Below, one piece after another: positions 61,198 to 64,000 of a DNA stretch of 64,000 nucleotides. The translations under genes and the position numbers were made by a program. The stretch lies in NCBI GenBank assembly GCA_965279035.1, contig OZ257142.1, forward strand, positions 3,040,001 to 3,104,000, given 5' to 3'. The notes under the pieces are model-generated. The model had not been told where the DNA came from and did not search any database. It saw only the letters and a program-made list of their open reading frames with translations. Numbering within the stretch: the stretch's first letter is position 1; every line of letters starts with the position of its first letter. The DNA is from Bacteroidia bacterium. Its GTDB lineage: Bacteria > Bacteroidota > Bacteroidia > M30B66.

Positions 61198-62184
61198 ATG
61201 CTTAAGATAGGCGTAGTCGGTGCCGGACACCTTGGTAAAATCCACCTTAAATTGATTGGGGAAATTGATTCTTACCACTTGGCTGGCTTTTATGATGCTG
61301 ATCCTGAAACTGCTGCTGCCGTAGCGAAAGACTTGAATATACATGCATTTGCAAGTTTCGAAGAATTGCTTGATGCGGTGGATGTGGTCGATGTTGTTAC
61401 GCCAACCATTTATCATCATCAGTATGCCAGTAAAGCGCTTCGGGCAAGTAAACATGTATTTATTGAAAAGCCTATTGCAACCACCGTTGAAGAAGCGCGC
61501 GATTTGGAACAATTGGCTGTTGAAGCAGGCAAAAAAGTTCAGGTTGGGCATGTGGAACGTTTCAATCCGGCATATACTGCTGCAATTCCATTCTGCAAAA
61601 ACCCGATGTTCATCGAAACACATCGTTTAGCATTGTTCAATCCACGAGGAACGGATGTATCGGTGGTGCTCGATTTAATGATTCACGATATCGACATCGT
61701 TCTACATAGCGTCAATTCTACCGTAAAGAAAATCAGTGCTTCGGGCGTTTCGGTGGTTAGTGAAACACCCGATATTGCGAATGCTCGTATCGAATTCGAC
61801 AATGGTTGTGTTGCTAACTTAACAGCAAGTCGTCTATCGATGAAGAACATGAGAAAGACACGTTTTTTTCAACGGGATGCCTATATAAGTGTTGATTTTT
61901 TGGACAAAGAAGTTGAAGTGATAAGAATGAATGCTGTTGAAGGTGAACCCGATCCATTGGCATTAACTATCGAATTGGGGGAAGGCAAAGGATTGAAACA
62001 GATATTTTTAGAAAAGCCCGAAATTTTACCAACAAATGCAATAAAAGCAGAATTAGAAAGTTTTGCAGAGTCGATAACGCATAATCAGATTCCTGCGGTA
62101 ACGGCAACACATGGGCTTCAGGCTCTTGATGTAGCTTACCGGATTATAGAGAAAATGAATTCAACGCCCCATTTACTTTCCTGA
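61198..62184 (+). CDS. Gfo/Idh/MocA oxidoreductase
   Basis: GAGHLG, IEKP, VGHVERFNP, DLMIHDID. Confidence 0.92.
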   Translation: MLKIGVVGAGHLGKIHLKLIGEIDSYHLAGFYDADPETAAAVAKDLNIHAFASFEELLDAVDVVDVVTPTIYHHQYASKALRASKHVFIEKPIATTVEEARDLEQLAVEAGKKVQVGHVERFNPAYTAAIPFCKNPMFIETHRLALFNPRGTDVSVVLDLMIHDIDIVLHSVNSTVKKISASGVSVVSETPDIANARIEFDNGCVANLTASRLSMKNMRKTRFFQRDAYISVDFLDKEVEVIRMNAVEGEPDPLALTIELGEGKGLKQIFLEKPEILPTNAIKAELESFAESITHNQIPAVTATHGLQALDVAYRIIEKMNSTPHLLS

Positions 62185-62187
62185 AAC

Positions 62188-63054
62188 ATGAAACAAGGCT
62201 ACTTGGTTTTGCTTTCGGTTTGTTTCGCCCTTTTGTTCGGATGTAATATCATCAACCCGGATGAAAAGGAAGCGTCTTACATTTCGATCAATCAAGTTGC
62301 TTTAAGCACCGATGCTGATATCCAAGGAAGCAATTCGGCCAATATTTCGGATGCCTGGATTTATGTTGATGATAACCTAATTGGTGCATTTCCACTTCCT
62401 TGTAAAATTCCTGTATTGAAAACCGGCATTCATAAGATTTCTATCGGTGCTGGAATAAAAATCAACGGTATTTCTTCGCTTAGAACACCTTATGTATTTT
62501 ACCGTTTCTATCAGCAAGAAAATGTCGACCTCGAAGCCGGATTAACAACTCAACTAAATCCATCGGTTGTTTATTTTGATTCATTGACATTTGGTTTCAA
62601 AGCCAATTTTGATGATATATCGGGCAATAAACTTAGCTCTACAGCGGCAAGCGATACAACTGCAGATTTAACTACTAATCCTTCGAAAGTTTTTGAAGGT
62701 GCAGGATCATTTATCACACGCCTATCGCGAGATAGTGGTTATGTTGATTTTCAAATGATCGATGGAATTGCACTTCCTAAAGGTGGTAGAACTGTTTATT
62801 TAGAGATGAATTATAAAACCAATCAAGCCTTGGTTGTTGGACTTCGCTCTTATTTTACAGGATCTGCTAGCAAAGAAGATAATATCATAAAGCTATACGC
62901 CAATACAGAGTGGAATAAAATATACATCAACTTAACAAAAACTGTTAGTTCCCGAGTTGGTGCCGACAATCATCGTGTGTTCTTTTCAAGCTATAAACCA
63001 GCAGGATCTGAACCTTTGGAAATTCTTCTCGACAACCTTAAAATCGTTTATTAG
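62188..63054 (+). CDS. Hypothetical lipoprotein
   Basis: Lipobox LFGC; co-oriented with neighbours. Confidence 0.75.
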   Translation: MKQGYLVLLSVCFALLFGCNIINPDEKEASYISINQVALSTDADIQGSNSANISDAWIYVDDNLIGAFPLPCKIPVLKTGIHKISIGAGIKINGISSLRTPYVFYRFYQQENVDLEAGLTTQLNPSVVYFDSLTFGFKANFDDISGNKLSSTAASDTTADLTTNPSKVFEGAGSFITRLSRDSGYVDFQMIDGIALPKGGRTVYLEMNYKTNQALVVGLRSYFTGSASKEDNIIKLYANTEWNKIYINLTKTVSSRVGADNHRVFFSSYKPAGSEPLEILLDNLKIVY

Positions 63055-63057
63055 CGA

Positions 63058-64000
63058 GTGATTTCTATAAAACGCGATAAAAAACAAACCCGCATTCAGA
63101 TTGCTGCTGATTATCTTTCGGCACTTCTGGTTTGGACGCTGTATTATGCGTTTCGAAAAGTCTATATCGAGCCCATCGTATTTGGACATCCAGTACGAAT
63201 GGAATTCAATACTACTTTCTATTTGGGATTGGCTGTAATTCCTGTCTTTTGGCTCATTCTCTATCACATCTCCGGTGCATACTTCGATGTGTACAGAAAA
63301 TCACGACTGGGGATTTTAGGCACAACGGTTTGGGTGAGTATTTTAGGTTCTATCATTCTTTTCTTCGCAGTTTCGCTCGACGATTTTGTGCTTTCATATC
63401 GTTACTACTATATTTCATTTTCGGCCTTGTTCGGACTGCATTTTCTGATCACAGCAATTCAGCGAATGATTTTGGCAACTTTTAACGCTCGAAAAATTCA
63501 ACATCAAAAAGTCTTCTTTAACACCCTTCTTATTGGTTCTGGCAAAAAAGCCTTAGATATCTATCGAAAAATTGAAGAACAACCCATTCGTAGTGGTAAC
63601 CGCTTTTTAGGTTATGTCCCTGTTAATGGAACGCATGAACCTGAATTGGATAAAGCCCTTTCGCGCATTGGTCATTTCGATCAAATGGTTCAACTTATTC
63701 AGGAACTCGATATTGAAGAGGTGATAGTAGCTCCCGAAAATTCGGAACATTCCTACTTAGGAAAATTCCTTACCGAATTGGAAGTCACAACCGTTGTTAT
63801 CAAAGTAATTCCTGACATCACCGATATTCTTTTGGGATCGGTTCGTATGTCGGCCATTTTTGGTGCTCCGGTCATTGAAATGAAACGCCAGTTAATGCCT
63901 CGTTGGCAGAAATCACTGAAGCGTTTATTCGATATTACAGTTTCACTTTTTGTACTCGTTTTCCTCTCTCCTATTTATCTCATCACAGCCATTCTTGTAA
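63058..64000 (+). CDS. Polyprenyl-phosphate sugar phosphotransferase (WcaJ-like), partial
   Basis: TM helices, TLLIGSG, IEEVIVA, KRLFDI; runs off the window. Confidence 0.88.
   Translation, partial: MISIKRDKKQTRIQIAADYLSALLVWTLYYAFRKVYIEPIVFGHPVRMEFNTTFYLGLAVIPVFWLILYHISGAYFDVYRKSRLGILGTTVWVSILGSIILFFAVSLDDFVLSYRYYYISFSALFGLHFLITAIQRMILATFNARKIQHQKVFFNTLLIGSGKKALDIYRKIEEQPIRSGNRFLGYVPVNGTHEPELDKALSRIGHFDQMVQLIQELDIEEVIVAPENSEHSYLGKFLTELEVTTVVIKVIPDITDILLGSVRMSAIFGAPVIEMKRQLMPRWQKSLKRLFDITVSLFVLVFLSPIYLITAILV

Overview
AT-rich bacterial chromosomal window, most likely Bacteroidota (T9SS C-terminal domains, TAnnTTTG promoters, DUF4372-type IS4). The backbone is a minus-strand phenylacetyl-CoA catabolic cluster: TetR, paaE-A-B-C-D-G-H-I-J-Z, then enoyl-CoA hydratase, paaY, a 2-oxoacid dehydrogenase E2, an aminotransferase and a fused E1; no paaK ligase is in the window. 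About 35 kb of almost entirely co-oriented accessory genes sit between paaZ and the hydratase, including two-component modules, T9SS cargo, an IS4, an IS3, a five-gene Dcm-MORC-Z1-PD(D/E)XK-AIPR (Mza-like) defence locus and toxin-antitoxin pairs. Many other junctions of the cluster also carry inserts. The most unusual signals are: (1) a non-coding array of three gap-free 90-bp units with fixed-length variable windows between paaD and paaG; (2) TA cassettes separated by progressively decayed copies of the paaZ 3' end and its hairpin; (3) a candidate three-way-junction RNA at about 58.6 kb. The right end holds housekeeping genes (mntR, smpB, pcm, a sugar transferase). All alignments and folds were done by eye; family names come from motif recognition, not database searches.
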